Below are positions 53,806 through 63,090 of a stretch of DNA of 64,000 bases, piece by piece. The notes below the pieces were generated by a model that saw only the letters and a program-made list of their open reading frames with translations, searched no databases and was not told the origin of the DNA. A program made the position numbers and the translations under genes. How positions within the stretch are numbered: position 1 is the stretch's first letter; each line of letters starts with the position of its first letter. Origin of the DNA: Ekhidna sp. (lineage in GTDB: Bacteria; Bacteroidota; Bacteroidia; Cytophagales; Cyclobacteriaceae); NCBI RefSeq assembly GCF_965247405.1, contig NZ_OZ252014.1:2938569-3002568 (forward strand), read 5' to 3'.

Positions 53806-54027
53806 GTTGATTTTTATTGTCCCTCAGAGAAGCTCATTATTGAATTGGATGGAGCCCATCACTTTACCAGTGCAGGTTTTGAGAAGGGCAGAGACCGAGA
53901 TAGAACTCTAAAAGATCTTGGATTTAAGATATTGAGGTTCGAAAATCAAGATGTCTTTGATTCGCTTGAAAATGTACTTGAATCTATTCGCTCTAACTTC
54001 AGCTTCCCTCCATGTAAGGAGGGATGA
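53806..54027 (+). pseudogene. N-terminally truncated DUF559 (Vsr-like endonuclease fold) gene remnant
   Basis: Only the C-terminal half is present: VDFYCPSEKLIIELDGAHHFTSAGFEKGRDRDRTLKDLGFKILRFENQDV. The upstream part of the ORF-track frame overlaps the M16 gene start and looks non-coding. Confidence 0.6.
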
Positions 54028-54036
54028 AGGGTGGTT

Positions 54037-54567
54037 TTACTCCTTCCCCGGAAGCTTCTTCATCGCCCTGGCAACTCCATTCCAAATCTCTTTTTTATCG
54101 TAAATCGGATTTAGCTCCAGATATTTTATTGCATTGGAGCGCCACACCAGTTCAGAATTTTGTCGATCGATCACGTCAATAATCAGACTTCCTTTCAGAA
54201 ATTTTTGATACTCTGGATACAGCATCGTCAGCCATTCACGCTCACCTTGGTAAGTACCATCATATAATCCACCAACCTCGGCAGAATCTTCCTCAATCAC
54301 CATAAAAAAGTTGACCATTAGATCAGATTGATCATCTCCTTGCTGATAGCCTTTTTTGTACATGTTGTAAGCTACCGCATTTGCAATTTCATCCACTACT
54401 TTTTTATCGTAGAGATAATCGGGCCCCTGATATGTGACCTCACAACCTTCCAGCCAACACCAAGTCTCAAAATCATCAAATGATTGACCAGGTTTTTGAT
54501 ACGTTTTTACTGTCACGGCACATGCAGAAACCATGATCGCAAAAACAATTGTGTAGACCTTTTTCAT
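54037..54567 (-). CDS. Lipoprotein (DUF4136-like)
   Basis: 176 aa. The leader MKKVYTIVFAIMVSAC has a lipobox Cys. The size and beta-rich pattern resemble DUF4136 proteins. Confidence 0.45.
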   Translation of the reverse strand: MKKVYTIVFAIMVSACAVTVKTYQKPGQSFDDFETWCWLEGCEVTYQGPDYLYDKKVVDEIANAVAYNMYKKGYQQGDDQSDLMVNFFMVIEEDSAEVGGLYDGTYQGEREWLTMLYPEYQKFLKGSLIIDVIDRQNSELVWRSNAIKYLELNPIYDKKEIWNGVARAMKKLPGKE

Positions 54568-54644
54568 GCGTTTGATTTTCTCGCAAGGTCTATGAAAAAT
54601 GCATTAATTGGGCTGATGGGTGTCAGAAGGAGTTCTGAATTATA

Positions 54645-55874
54645 TCAATTAAGATTGTTTAGTTTATTTGATAAATAATCCATTTCACGTTCATTTTTGG
54701 TTAAACTCACGGCAATTTTTAATGCAGTTTTCGCCTCCTCAGTATTCCCGATTTTATGAAGCATTTCACTTTTTATGGCATAGAAAAGGTAATATTCCTC
54801 AAAAAACTGGGTTGCCTCCAAACGCTCCACCTCCTTCAATCCCAAAAGTGGGCCATGTACTTTCTCTAAAACCACTGCACGATTTAGCTCTACGATTGGG
54901 GAGGGGGTAAGCTGAAGCTGTAAATCGTATAGGCTAAGAATATTTTTCCAATCAGTCTCTTCAAAGTTAACAGCTCGGCAATGTGTTGCGCTAATAGCTG
55001 CCTGAATGAGGTATTCATTCATGGCTCCTTCCTCGGAAGCGACATTCAAAAAGTGTAAGCCCCTGTTAATTAGCTCCTGGTCCCATTTCGACCGATCCTG
55101 ATCCTCCAGTGAAATAATATTTCCTATTTGATCTACTCTAGCATCGAATCTGGAAGAATGAAAAAGCATCATTGCCATCAAAGCATTTGCTGATGGAGTA
55201 TTGCAGATTTCACTTTCGAGCAAAACGCTGTTAAGTCGGATCGCATCTTCACAGAGGTCCTTTCGGATCAGGCTATTTCCTTCGGCAGATTTATACCCCT
55301 CATTGAAAAGGAGATAAACAATCTTGAGAACGATCTCGAGTCTTTGTTCAATTTCATGTGCAGGAGGCAAAATCAGTTTGATTTCCTCTTTTTTGAATTT
55401 CTTTTTAGCTCGGGTGTAAGCTTTGGCGACTGTCTCTTCTTTCTTTAGCAGTGAACTGGAAATTTCTCTAACGGAGAGACCACCCAGAATCTTCAAGGTC
55501 AAAATGATCTGATACTCCTGGCTTAAAGAGGGATGACAGCAGGCAAATACCATCCTTACCATGTCATCGTTGATGGATTCTAAGGATAAATCTTCTTTCA
55601 TTTCTTCTGCACGTTCCGGTACTTCCTGATTGCTTGTTTTTTGATTTCTCCTCAGTTGATCAATCATTTTATTTCGAGCTACTCGTAAGATCCATCCGGT
55701 AGGATTATCTGGAACACGTGAGTATGACCAGGTCTGCATTGCTTTGATCAATGCTTCCTGAACGCTATCCTCTGCCAGCTCCAGATTAGACGAACCAAAC
55801 TTGCTGGTAAGGTGGGATACCGCCTTACCATATTCCGTTCGGAAAAAGTGGTCTACGAGTTGGGAGGTTTGCAT
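54645..55874 (-). CDS. ECF-type RNA polymerase sigma factor with long C-terminal (DUF6596/TPR-like) extension
   Basis: Region 2 is AEDSVQEALIKAMQTW...NPTGWILRVARNKMIDQLRR. Region 4 is LTLKILGGLSVREISSSLLKKEETVAKAYTRAKKKF. A helical C-terminal domain of about 230 aa follows. Confidence 0.8.
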   Translation of the reverse strand: MQTSQLVDHFFRTEYGKAVSHLTSKFGSSNLELAEDSVQEALIKAMQTWSYSRVPDNPTGWILRVARNKMIDQLRRNQKTSNQEVPERAEEMKEDLSLESINDDMVRMVFACCHPSLSQEYQIILTLKILGGLSVREISSSLLKKEETVAKAYTRAKKKFKKEEIKLILPPAHEIEQRLEIVLKIVYLLFNEGYKSAEGNSLIRKDLCEDAIRLNSVLLESEICNTPSANALMAMMLFHSSRFDARVDQIGNIISLEDQDRSKWDQELINRGLHFLNVASEEGAMNEYLIQAAISATHCRAVNFEETDWKNILSLYDLQLQLTPSPIVELNRAVVLEKVHGPLLGLKEVERLEATQFFEEYYLFYAIKSEMLHKIGNTEEAKTALKIAVSLTKNEREMDYLSNKLNNLN

Positions 55875-55884
55875 AATTTAGTTC

Positions 55885-55910
55885 GTCAATGCGAGCAAAG
55901 TGAAGCAATC
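55885..55910. repeat. GTCAATGCGAGC...GCAATC type intergenic repeat with adjacent 10-bp inverted repeat
   Basis: gtcaatgcgagcaaagtgaagcaatc. In addition, caaagtgaag pairs with cttcactttg about 20 bp downstream. It is related in design to the GTCATTTCGA...AAATC family. Confidence 0.5.
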
Positions 55911-55965
55911 TCAATTTTAAGATCACTTCACTTTGTTCAGGATGACACTCAATAGTGGGAGCGTG

Positions 55966-56295
55966 TTAGAAATCAGTTATGATCTCCCTCACCTCGGTCG
56001 TTCCGCCAAACTCGAAGATCGGGCAATCTTTGGAGAGTTCTACCGCATGATCCATGTCTTTGGCATCCAAATGAACATAGCCTCCAACAATCTCTTTTCC
56101 TTCCATGAATGGTCCATCTGTAACGATTTTACCTCCGGGACCGACTACCTTTCCCTCAGATTGTAGTGGGTAACCCTCAGCTTTTACTTTGGCCATCCAT
56201 TCGCCCCATCGCTGCATGTGAGCTTGCATTTCTTCGGGTGATTGATCTGCGTAACCTTCATCACCCCCTCGGAATACATACAAATACTTTTTCAT
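55966..56295 (-). CDS. YciI-family protein
   Basis: 109 aa lying upstream of the ECF sigma gene on the same strand, an arrangement commonly seen for this sigma type. The pattern is MKKYLYVFRGGD...GPFMEGKE.VGGY...DMDHAVELSKDCP. Confidence 0.7.
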   Translation of the reverse strand: MKKYLYVFRGGDEGYADQSPEEMQAHMQRWGEWMAKVKAEGYPLQSEGKVVGPGGKIVTDGPFMEGKEIVGGYVHLDAKDMDHAVELSKDCPIFEFGGTTEVREIITDF

Positions 56296-56425
56296 AGTTA
56301 TTAGTTGTGTTTAGTTAAGATAAATATTTCCTCTAAGACGAAGCAGATAACTGAGAATGGACAGTGCTGTAATTTATAATCTCATTCCTCCTTGGAGGAG
56401 TCAGGGCAGGACATAGATTTGCATT

Positions 56426-57019
56426 ATGAACCTTTCAGAAATCTTCAATATCGATCCGGAGTTGCTAAACTATGTGATTATCCCCTTGTTGATCTTCTTT
56501 GCCAGAATCTGTGATGTTTCAATAAACACACTAAGAATTATTTTCATGCTAAATAGCAGAAAATATGTTGCAACCATTCTAGGCTTTTTTGAAGCAGCAA
56601 TCTGGTTAATGGCAATCAGTCAGATTTTTCAGAACCTCGGTGGCTGGCAGACTTTCCTCGCCTATGCAGGGGGGTATGCGATGGGGATATTTGTGGGAAT
56701 GATGATTGAAGAACGTTTGGCTATTGGGAACGTAGTGGTGCGAGTAATCACAGCTAAACCAGCTGATGAGTTGATCACGTTTTTCAGAGAGCAAAACATG
56801 CGATTTACAAATCTGGAAGGTGAGTCGGGGGATGGACCTGTGAATGTGCTGTTTACCGTTAATAAAAGGGAACGATTGCCAACGATCTTAGAGGCTATTA
56901 AACGATACAACCCGCAGGCACTCTACACGGTAGAAGGAGTGAAAAAAGTAAGCGATGGGGAAGTGGTTGATGATCGTGGATTTTCGAGAAGGATTTTTAG
57001 GTTTGGGGGAGGGAGGTAA
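56426..57019 (+). CDS. UPF0316 / DUF2179 membrane protein
   Basis: The N-terminal TM region has LIFFARICDVSINTLRIIFM. A C-terminal DUF2179-like soluble domain follows. Confidence 0.7.
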   Translation: MNLSEIFNIDPELLNYVIIPLLIFFARICDVSINTLRIIFMLNSRKYVATILGFFEAAIWLMAISQIFQNLGGWQTFLAYAGGYAMGIFVGMMIEERLAIGNVVVRVITAKPADELITFFREQNMRFTNLEGESGDGPVNVLFTVNKRERLPTILEAIKRYNPQALYTVEGVKKVSDGEVVDDRGFSRRIFRFGGGR

Positions 57020-57095
57020 CTTTACTTGGATAAAGAAATGCTAATTTTAGCCTATTACCACCTGCAGATATTTTTTGTTAGTACAATAATACACC

Positions 57096-58385
57096 ATGAG
57101 ATACGAACCAATTGATAATCAGTTGTTTATTCAAAATAGAGAGAAGTTGGCCAAACGAATGAAGCCTCGATCTGTCGCAATCGTTCATGCCAATGACATC
57201 ATGCCTACGAATGCTGATGGGACCATGAGGTTCATGCAAAACAGCAATTTATTTTGGCTGACTGGCGTAGATCAGGAGGAGTCAATCGTATTAATAGCGC
57301 CAGATTTTCCGGATGAAAAAATGAGAGAGATTCTATTTCTCAGAGAAACCAACGAAGAAATAGCAGTCTGGGAAGGTCACAAGTTGACAAAGGAGGAAGG
57401 AACACAAACCTCCGGGATTAAGAACATCAAATGGACAGCAGAGTTTGAAAAGACTTTTTATACCATTTTGGCAGAATGTGATCATATCTATTTGGATAGT
57501 AATGAGCACATCCGAAATGCCAGTGAGGTAGAAACACGCAATGCGCGTTTCGTGAAAGAGTGCAGGGATAAGTATCCATTATACGAGTACGAACGACTTT
57601 TTCCGATTCTGCAAGATTTAAGATGTATCAAATCTCAGTTTGAAATTGATATTATGCAGCAGGCTTGTAATATCACGGAGAAGGGATTCAGAAGGATATT
57701 GGAATTTGTGAAACCTGGAGTGATGGAATATGAAGTGGAGGCTGAATATTTACATGAATTTGTCAGAAACCGATCCAAAGGGTTTGCCTATGAGCCTATT
57801 ATCGGCGGTGGCGGAAACTCGTGTGTGCTTCACTATCTGGAAAACAACCAGGAATTAAAAGATGGAGACATCTTGCTGATGGATGTAGGAGCAGAGTATG
57901 GGAATTATAATTCTGATATGACACGAACCATACCTGTAAATGGAAAATATACTGATCGCCAACGTGAAGTGTATGATGCTGTGCTACGTGTGAAAAATGC
58001 TGCAACGGAATTGTTGAAACCTGGTAACAGGATTCCTGAATACCATGCAGAGGTTGGAAAGTTGATGGAGAAAGAGTTATTGTATTTAGGCCTGATTGAT
58101 AAAACGGATATTAAAAACGAAGACCCTGACTGGCCAGCTTATAAGAAATATTTCATGCATGGGACCTCTCACCACATTGGCTTGGATGTACACGATGTGG
58201 CCTCTATTTATAAAGTATTTGAACCAGGTATGGTGTTCACCGTAGAACCAGGTATTTATATTCCGGAAGAAAATATTGGGATCAGGATTGAAGATGACCT
58301 TGTGATAACCAAAGACGGTCACATCAATTTGATGAAGAATATCCCGATCGAAGCAGAGGAGATTGAAGAAATAATGAACAAATAG
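57096..58385 (+). CDS. pepP: Xaa-Pro aminopeptidase (M24B)
   Basis: 429 aa. The M24 metal ligands sit in context: DILLMDVGAEYGNYNSDMTRT, HGTSHHIGLDVHD, FTVEPGIY and IRIEDD. Confidence 0.85.
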   Translation: MRYEPIDNQLFIQNREKLAKRMKPRSVAIVHANDIMPTNADGTMRFMQNSNLFWLTGVDQEESIVLIAPDFPDEKMREILFLRETNEEIAVWEGHKLTKEEGTQTSGIKNIKWTAEFEKTFYTILAECDHIYLDSNEHIRNASEVETRNARFVKECRDKYPLYEYERLFPILQDLRCIKSQFEIDIMQQACNITEKGFRRILEFVKPGVMEYEVEAEYLHEFVRNRSKGFAYEPIIGGGGNSCVLHYLENNQELKDGDILLMDVGAEYGNYNSDMTRTIPVNGKYTDRQREVYDAVLRVKNAATELLKPGNRIPEYHAEVGKLMEKELLYLGLIDKTDIKNEDPDWPAYKKYFMHGTSHHIGLDVHDVASIYKVFEPGMVFTVEPGIYIPEENIGIRIEDDLVITKDGHINLMKNIPIEAEEIEEIMNK

Positions 58386-58387
58386 TC

Positions 58388-58810
58388 ATGGCAAGTACAA
58401 AATTTGATTCAGATAAAGCACCGGAACCAGTAGGATTGTATCCTCATGCCAGGCAAACCGGAAACTTACTTTTCCTGTCAGGGGTGGGTCCGAGAGAACG
58501 AGGAACTAAGAAAATCCCAGGAGTAGAATTGGATGAAAACGGAGAAATTGTAAGCTATGACATTGCAGAACAGTGCCATTCAGTATTTAAAAATGTTCGG
58601 TTAATTCTGGAAGCATCCGGGGCGAAATGGGAGGATTTAATCGACGTGACAGTGTTTCTCACGAATATGAAAGACGATTTTAAAACGTATAATAAAATTT
58701 ACGCCGAATATTTTAGCGACAATCAGCCTTGCCGGACGACTGTAGAGATAAGCTCTCTTCCAACTCCTATAGCGATTGAATTAAAGTGTATCGCTGTAAT
58801 CAACAATTAA
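58388..58810 (+). CDS. RidA-family protein
   Basis: 140 aa of the YjgF/RidA pattern (GNLLFLSGVGP...VTVFLTNMKDDF..YNKIYAEYF...PCRTTVEISSLP). Confidence 0.85.
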   Translation: MASTKFDSDKAPEPVGLYPHARQTGNLLFLSGVGPRERGTKKIPGVELDENGEIVSYDIAEQCHSVFKNVRLILEASGAKWEDLIDVTVFLTNMKDDFKTYNKIYAEYFSDNQPCRTTVEISSLPTPIAIELKCIAVINN

Positions 58811-58814
58811 GTAA

Positions 58815-59243
58815 ATGGAAGATAAAAACTTAACGCTTACGATCGATGACAAAAACAACTTTCTGGAAACGGCCAAATGGGGGAAGTTTTTGGGAATTGT
58901 TGGATTTATATTGAGTGGCTTGATCATTATTGTCTCGCTTATCTTTATTGGGGGCGTAGGACTTAATCCCGGAGAATTATATCCGGGTATTGGTAGCGGT
59001 ATCGGTTTTTTCTATTTAATATTTTCGCTCATATATATTTTTCCTTCCTTATATGTTTATCGATTTGCTGTTCATATTCAAGAGGGGATCAGATCTGATG
59101 ATCAAGAAAAGTGTTCATCTGCATACAATAATCTGAGAAAGCTTTTTCTGTTTATAGGGGTGATGACAATAGTTGTTTTGGCGCTATACGTTTTGGTCTT
59201 TTTGGGCATCTTTCTAGGTGGTGCCTTGGGAGGGATGCTTTAA
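58815..59243 (+). CDS. Hypothetical membrane protein (DUF5362-like)
   Basis: 142 aa with three or four TM helices. The N-terminal motif AKWGKFLGIVGFILSGL is present. Confidence 0.45.
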   Translation: MEDKNLTLTIDDKNNFLETAKWGKFLGIVGFILSGLIIIVSLIFIGGVGLNPGELYPGIGSGIGFFYLIFSLIYIFPSLYVYRFAVHIQEGIRSDDQEKCSSAYNNLRKLFLFIGVMTIVVLALYVLVFLGIFLGGALGGML

Positions 59244-59971
59244 TCAAGGTTTTCTTCGATCCATTCAAGGCCTTTTTGCAGTAAATTCACATAATTACAT
59301 GCTTCATAATGAGATAGTGTCTCGCTTGTTTTGAATTCCATTCGCTGACTTTTCTGTTTATTCTTTTCCAGGATAACTTTAGATCGGCTATAGCTAAATA
59401 ACTGATCTCTTACACCGTGGATGACGTATGTCGGCACTTTGTAGCTGGCAAGCCTGTAATAGGCAGCAATTGCTATTGCACCATCAATTTGCTCAGGATG
59501 ATTAGAGGCAAAGTGAACAGCGCCTGTTCCACCATCGCTATATCCGGCTATGATCACCTGACTCACAGGCCAAAATTCTTTGACTAGACTAGTGAGACGC
59601 ACCAATTGCTTTTCCTTAGGATTTTCCCACCATGAGTGAAATTGGGATAGTGGTGCGATTATCATGTACCTGGAGGTATCAATGGCGGGGATCATAAGAC
59701 AATTCATAAAATCCTTATTTTCATTTGCTGATACACCCCAATGTAATGCAACAACTAGAGGCACTTTTTCTTTAATGGTTTTATGAGGTATTGACAGTTT
59801 CATTGGCCAGGCATCACCATTGGATAGTTTTAATGATATATCACTAAATCCTGGTTTTAAATCCAACTTTCTAATGTTACTTTTGGTGGGCAAGCCATCC
59901 AATTGCTGGGCAACAAGTAGGAAGTTTACTAACAGTAAGCAGATGTTAGCAACAATTCGTTTAGCATACAT
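59240..59971 (-). CDS. Secreted alpha/beta hydrolase (esterase/peptidase-like)
   Basis: It has a signal peptide, a nucleophile elbow GYSDGG (GxSxG) and later HG and D motifs typical of dienelactone hydrolase or S9-like folds. Confidence 0.6.
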   Translation of the reverse strand: MYAKRIVANICLLLVNFLLVAQQLDGLPTKSNIRKLDLKPGFSDISLKLSNGDAWPMKLSIPHKTIKEKVPLVVALHWGVSANENKDFMNCLMIPAIDTSRYMIIAPLSQFHSWWENPKEKQLVRLTSLVKEFWPVSQVIIAGYSDGGTGAVHFASNHPEQIDGAIAIAAYYRLASYKVPTYVIHGVRDQLFSYSRSKVILEKNKQKSQRMEFKTSETLSHYEACNYVNLLQKGLEWIEENLD

Positions 59972-60047
59972 GATCTTATAAAAAGTTAAAGAAGCTTGTC
60001 CCTAGTTTTTTGAAGATCAAAATCACTATTTTTGAGGTTAGATTATT

Positions 60048-60725
60048 ATGAATACATTAGAATACAATACGCAGCGAGCGCAGCTGAAGCTTAGAGAGTA
60101 CGGAAGAAACGTGCAGAATCTGGTAGCGCATCTCCGGACAGTTGAGGATAAAGAAGAGCGCAATAAAAAAGCGGCTACTTTAGTGGAACTGATGAAGTTG
60201 ATTAATCCAGACCTGGGAAAGAATAACGAAAGTGATCAAAAGGTTTGGGATGATTTGCACATCATCTCCAATTTTGAATTAGATATTGAGGGACCTTTCC
60301 CAAAACCTGATGCTTCTGTATTAGACCGCAAGCCTGAGCGCTTGAAGTATTATTCCAACGAAATCAAATATCGTCACTACGGCAGGGGAGTTGAACTCCT
60401 GATTGATCAGGCCATCGAGATGGAGGATCCTAAAGAACGCGAGGGTGCTATTGTAGCCATTGGTCGTTTGATGAAAGGGTTCTTCCAGACCTGGAACAAG
60501 GAGAGCATTGAGGATGAGCAAATCCTGAAAAACATCAAACGCCTTTCGAATGATAAGCTGGATATTGATATTGAGACGGTAAAGGAACTGGGACTATTTG
60601 ATTCTGAGAAGAAGCACTCAAATAGAAGAAGTAGTAGTAACCAGAATAAAGGCCGCCGTAGCAACCAGGGTGGCAAGGGTCGTCGCAACAATAATCAGGG
60701 CGGTCGCAACCGTCGAAGAAATTAA
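60048..60725 (+). CDS. DUF4290 domain protein with Arg/Gly/Asn-rich C-terminal tail
   Basis: 225 aa. The start MNTLEYNTQRAQLKLREYGRNVQNLV is typical of DUF4290 proteins, which lie upstream of murA in Bacteroidota. The tail is NRRSSSNQNKGRRSNQGGKGRRNNNQGGRNRRRN. Confidence 0.6.
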   Translation: MNTLEYNTQRAQLKLREYGRNVQNLVAHLRTVEDKEERNKKAATLVELMKLINPDLGKNNESDQKVWDDLHIISNFELDIEGPFPKPDASVLDRKPERLKYYSNEIKYRHYGRGVELLIDQAIEMEDPKEREGAIVAIGRLMKGFFQTWNKESIEDEQILKNIKRLSNDKLDIDIETVKELGLFDSEKKHSNRRSSSNQNKGRRSNQGGKGRRNNNQGGRNRRRN

Positions 60726-60731
60726 TTCAAT

Positions 60732-60763
60732 TTTTTGATTTGAAGATTTTTTGATTTGAAGAT
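60732..60763 (+). repeat. Perfect 16-bp tandem duplication upstream of murA
   Basis: tttttgatttgaagat occurs twice: at 60732-60747 and 60748-60763. Confidence 0.7.
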
Positions 60764-60825
60764 GGTTTCGATAGTTTAGTCGTCCAATCGAGTAATTAAA
60801 CAATCATCAAATTGTCAAATCAAAG

Positions 60826-62133
60826 ATGTCATCTTTTCGGGTAGAAGGCGGTCACCAGCTTAACGGTGAAATCATTCCCCAGGGGGCCAAAAACGAGGCA
60901 CTCCAAATCATATCAGCAGTATTGCTCACGGATCAGGAAGTTGTTATTAACAAGATACCAAAGATACGTGATGTGCTAAAGTTGATTGATTTGCTGGAGG
61001 ATATGGGCGTGGAGGTATCCAAAAACGGAGGCGAATCCTACACATTTAAAGCTGCGAACGTCAATCTGGACTTTCTGGATACACAAGACTTTAAGGAAAA
61101 AGCCGCTTCACTGCGTGGGTCTATTATGATCCTTGGTCCACTATTGGCGCGATTTGGAACAGGCAAAATGCCAAAACCCGGAGGTGATAAGATTGGAAGA
61201 AGACGTCTTGACACACACTTCGTAGGATTTCAAAACCTGGGTGCTAAATTCAAATATGATCCTAAAACATCATTTTATTCCGTTGATGGCAGGAATCTGA
61301 AAGGTGCCTACATGCTTTTAGATGAGGCCTCTGTGACAGGAACAGCCAACATCATCATGGCGGCTGCAATGGCTGAAGGCCAGACAACTATTTACAATGC
61401 GGCATGTGAACCATACATTCAACAGCTCTGTAAAATGTTGGTGCGTATGGGTGCTAATATCGATGGAATAGGCTCCAACCTGCTTCGAATAGAGGGAGTA
61501 AAATCTTTAAAAGGCACCGAGCACACCTTACTACCAGACATGATTGAAGTAGGGAGTTTTATAGGGATGGCTGCCATGACGAAATCTGATCTTACGATCA
61601 AGGATGCTCAAATTGAAGAGCTGGGAATAATTCCGGATACATTTAAGCGGTTGGGCATTAAAATGGACTTTAGAGGTGATGACATTCATATTCCTGCTCA
61701 GGAAAACTATGAAATTGAGTCATACATAGATGGGTCTATCATGACCATTGCAGATGCAATCTGGCCCGGTCTCACTCCGGATTTGTTGAGTGTAATATTG
61801 GTGACAGCCACTCAAGCTGCCGGAACTGTCCTTATTCATCAAAAGATGTTTGAAAGTCGCTTATTCTTCGTGGACAAGCTGATAGACATGGGCGCACAGA
61901 TCATCCTTTGTGATCCTCACAGGGCAACTGTTATCGGGTTGGATCGTGCCTATCCTTTGCGAGGTATTACCATGACATCCCCGGATATTCGGGCGGGTGT
62001 CTCGCTGCTCATAGCTGCTATGTCCGCTGAGGGAGTCAGCACGATTCACAACATCGATCAGATTGATCGTGGGTATCAATTCATAGACGAACGATTGAAT
62101 GCATTAGGAGCTAAGATTGAGCGGGTTGGCTAG
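60826..62133 (+). CDS. murA: UDP-N-acetylglucosamine 1-carboxyvinyltransferase
   Basis: 435 aa with GAKNEALQIISAVLL and the active-site loop KPGGDKIGRRRLDTH. Asp121 occupies the position of E. coli Cys115. Confidence 0.92.
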   Translation: MSSFRVEGGHQLNGEIIPQGAKNEALQIISAVLLTDQEVVINKIPKIRDVLKLIDLLEDMGVEVSKNGGESYTFKAANVNLDFLDTQDFKEKAASLRGSIMILGPLLARFGTGKMPKPGGDKIGRRRLDTHFVGFQNLGAKFKYDPKTSFYSVDGRNLKGAYMLLDEASVTGTANIIMAAAMAEGQTTIYNAACEPYIQQLCKMLVRMGANIDGIGSNLLRIEGVKSLKGTEHTLLPDMIEVGSFIGMAAMTKSDLTIKDAQIEELGIIPDTFKRLGIKMDFRGDDIHIPAQENYEIESYIDGSIMTIADAIWPGLTPDLLSVILVTATQAAGTVLIHQKMFESRLFFVDKLIDMGAQIILCDPHRATVIGLDRAYPLRGITMTSPDIRAGVSLLIAAMSAEGVSTIHNIDQIDRGYQFIDERLNALGAKIERVG

Positions 62134-62692
62134 TCAATAGATCTTGACAATACCGTTCTTTAATTATATTAAAATGTCTTAACTCATGTCCGGCGATGTG
62201 ATAGGCAAGACCTCTTACTGTTCTCCGATTCATCACCGTACCATCAAAATCCACTCCACACCCACTTCTCATGAAGGAATCTTCAGGTAGATGCTGAAAT
62301 AAGGCAATGGTAGATTTACGCACCCATTCGTACTCCTCAAAAATACTTTCCAGGGATCGCTCATTTGCCTCCGAATATTTTGCATAGCTGTCTTGATCAA
62401 AACCATGAAGTGGAGTGTCATCATTTCGGGCATACCTGAGTGCCCGATAGGCGAAAATCCGCTCATCATCGATGATATGAACTAAAATCTCCTTAATCGT
62501 CCATTTGTTGTCAGCATACCGGTAGATGAGTTTTTCCTTAGGTAGATCATAGATGAATTTTTTGATTTCAAGAAAATTTTTCCATAAATGTTCCAGAATA
62601 TTGTCATCATCGGCCAACAAATCCAAATAGATACTCGAATAGGCAGGATATTCTCCTTCAACAGGTTTTTTAATTGCTCTCATTTTACTCAA
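62111..62692 (-). CDS. DinB-family protein
   Basis: 193 aa of the four-helix DinB pattern, with conserved His residues (KEILVHIIDDERIF; AGHELRHFNII). Its 3' end overlaps murA by 23 nt in convergent orientation. Confidence 0.7.
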   Translation of the reverse strand: MSKMRAIKKPVEGEYPAYSSIYLDLLADDDNILEHLWKNFLEIKKFIYDLPKEKLIYRYADNKWTIKEILVHIIDDERIFAYRALRYARNDDTPLHGFDQDSYAKYSEANERSLESIFEEYEWVRKSTIALFQHLPEDSFMRSGCGVDFDGTVMNRRTVRGLAYHIAGHELRHFNIIKERYCQDLLTSQPAQS

Positions 62693-63014
62693 ATTTTTTA
62701 GCCCAACTATTTCTAGCCCACATACCCAAAGGCTCTATGAACTGGTATAGCTCATTGCCCAATTGTGTCAGTTGATACCCTTCATTTCCTTTTTCAATTA
62801 AGTGGGATTTTTGTAATTCTTTTAAGCGGGTATTCAGGGTAGTAGGGGATATCGATTGACAGTATTCTTGTATAGATCGAAACTTGCTCGGTCCATTATT
62901 CAAATGCCAGATAATCCCCATCGCCCAGTTTCGCCCTAATAAATCCAAGAGTGCCATGATGGGCTGGCCAGTGATGGATCCTCTGACTGGATTTCCAGGT
63001 ACGGGTAATTTCAT
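62685..63014 (-). CDS. HxlR-family transcriptional regulator
   Basis: 109 aa with LDLLGRNWAMGIIWHL..GPSKFRSIQE......SPTTLNTRLKELQKSHLIEK. It overlaps the dinB-like gene start by 8 nt. Confidence 0.8.
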   Translation of the reverse strand: MKLPVPGNPVRGSITGQPIMALLDLLGRNWAMGIIWHLNNGPSKFRSIQEYCQSISPTTLNTRLKELQKSHLIEKGNEGYQLTQLGNELYQFIEPLGMWARNSWAKKFE

Positions 63015-63017
63015 TTC

Positions 63018-63072
63018 GCTACATTATTTGTAGCAAAAGTATCGAATTTTTTATTTACTACAAAAATTGTAG
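63018..63072. promoter_or_regulatory. Two palindromic operator-like sites upstream of the hxlR-like gene
   Basis: The sites are gctaca-ttatt-tgtagc (63018-63034) and ctacaa-aaa-ttgtag (63058-63072). They share the motif ttgtagcaa, whose copies are spaced 39 bp apart. Confidence 0.35.
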
Positions 63073-63090
63073 CAACAATTAGAATAATTG

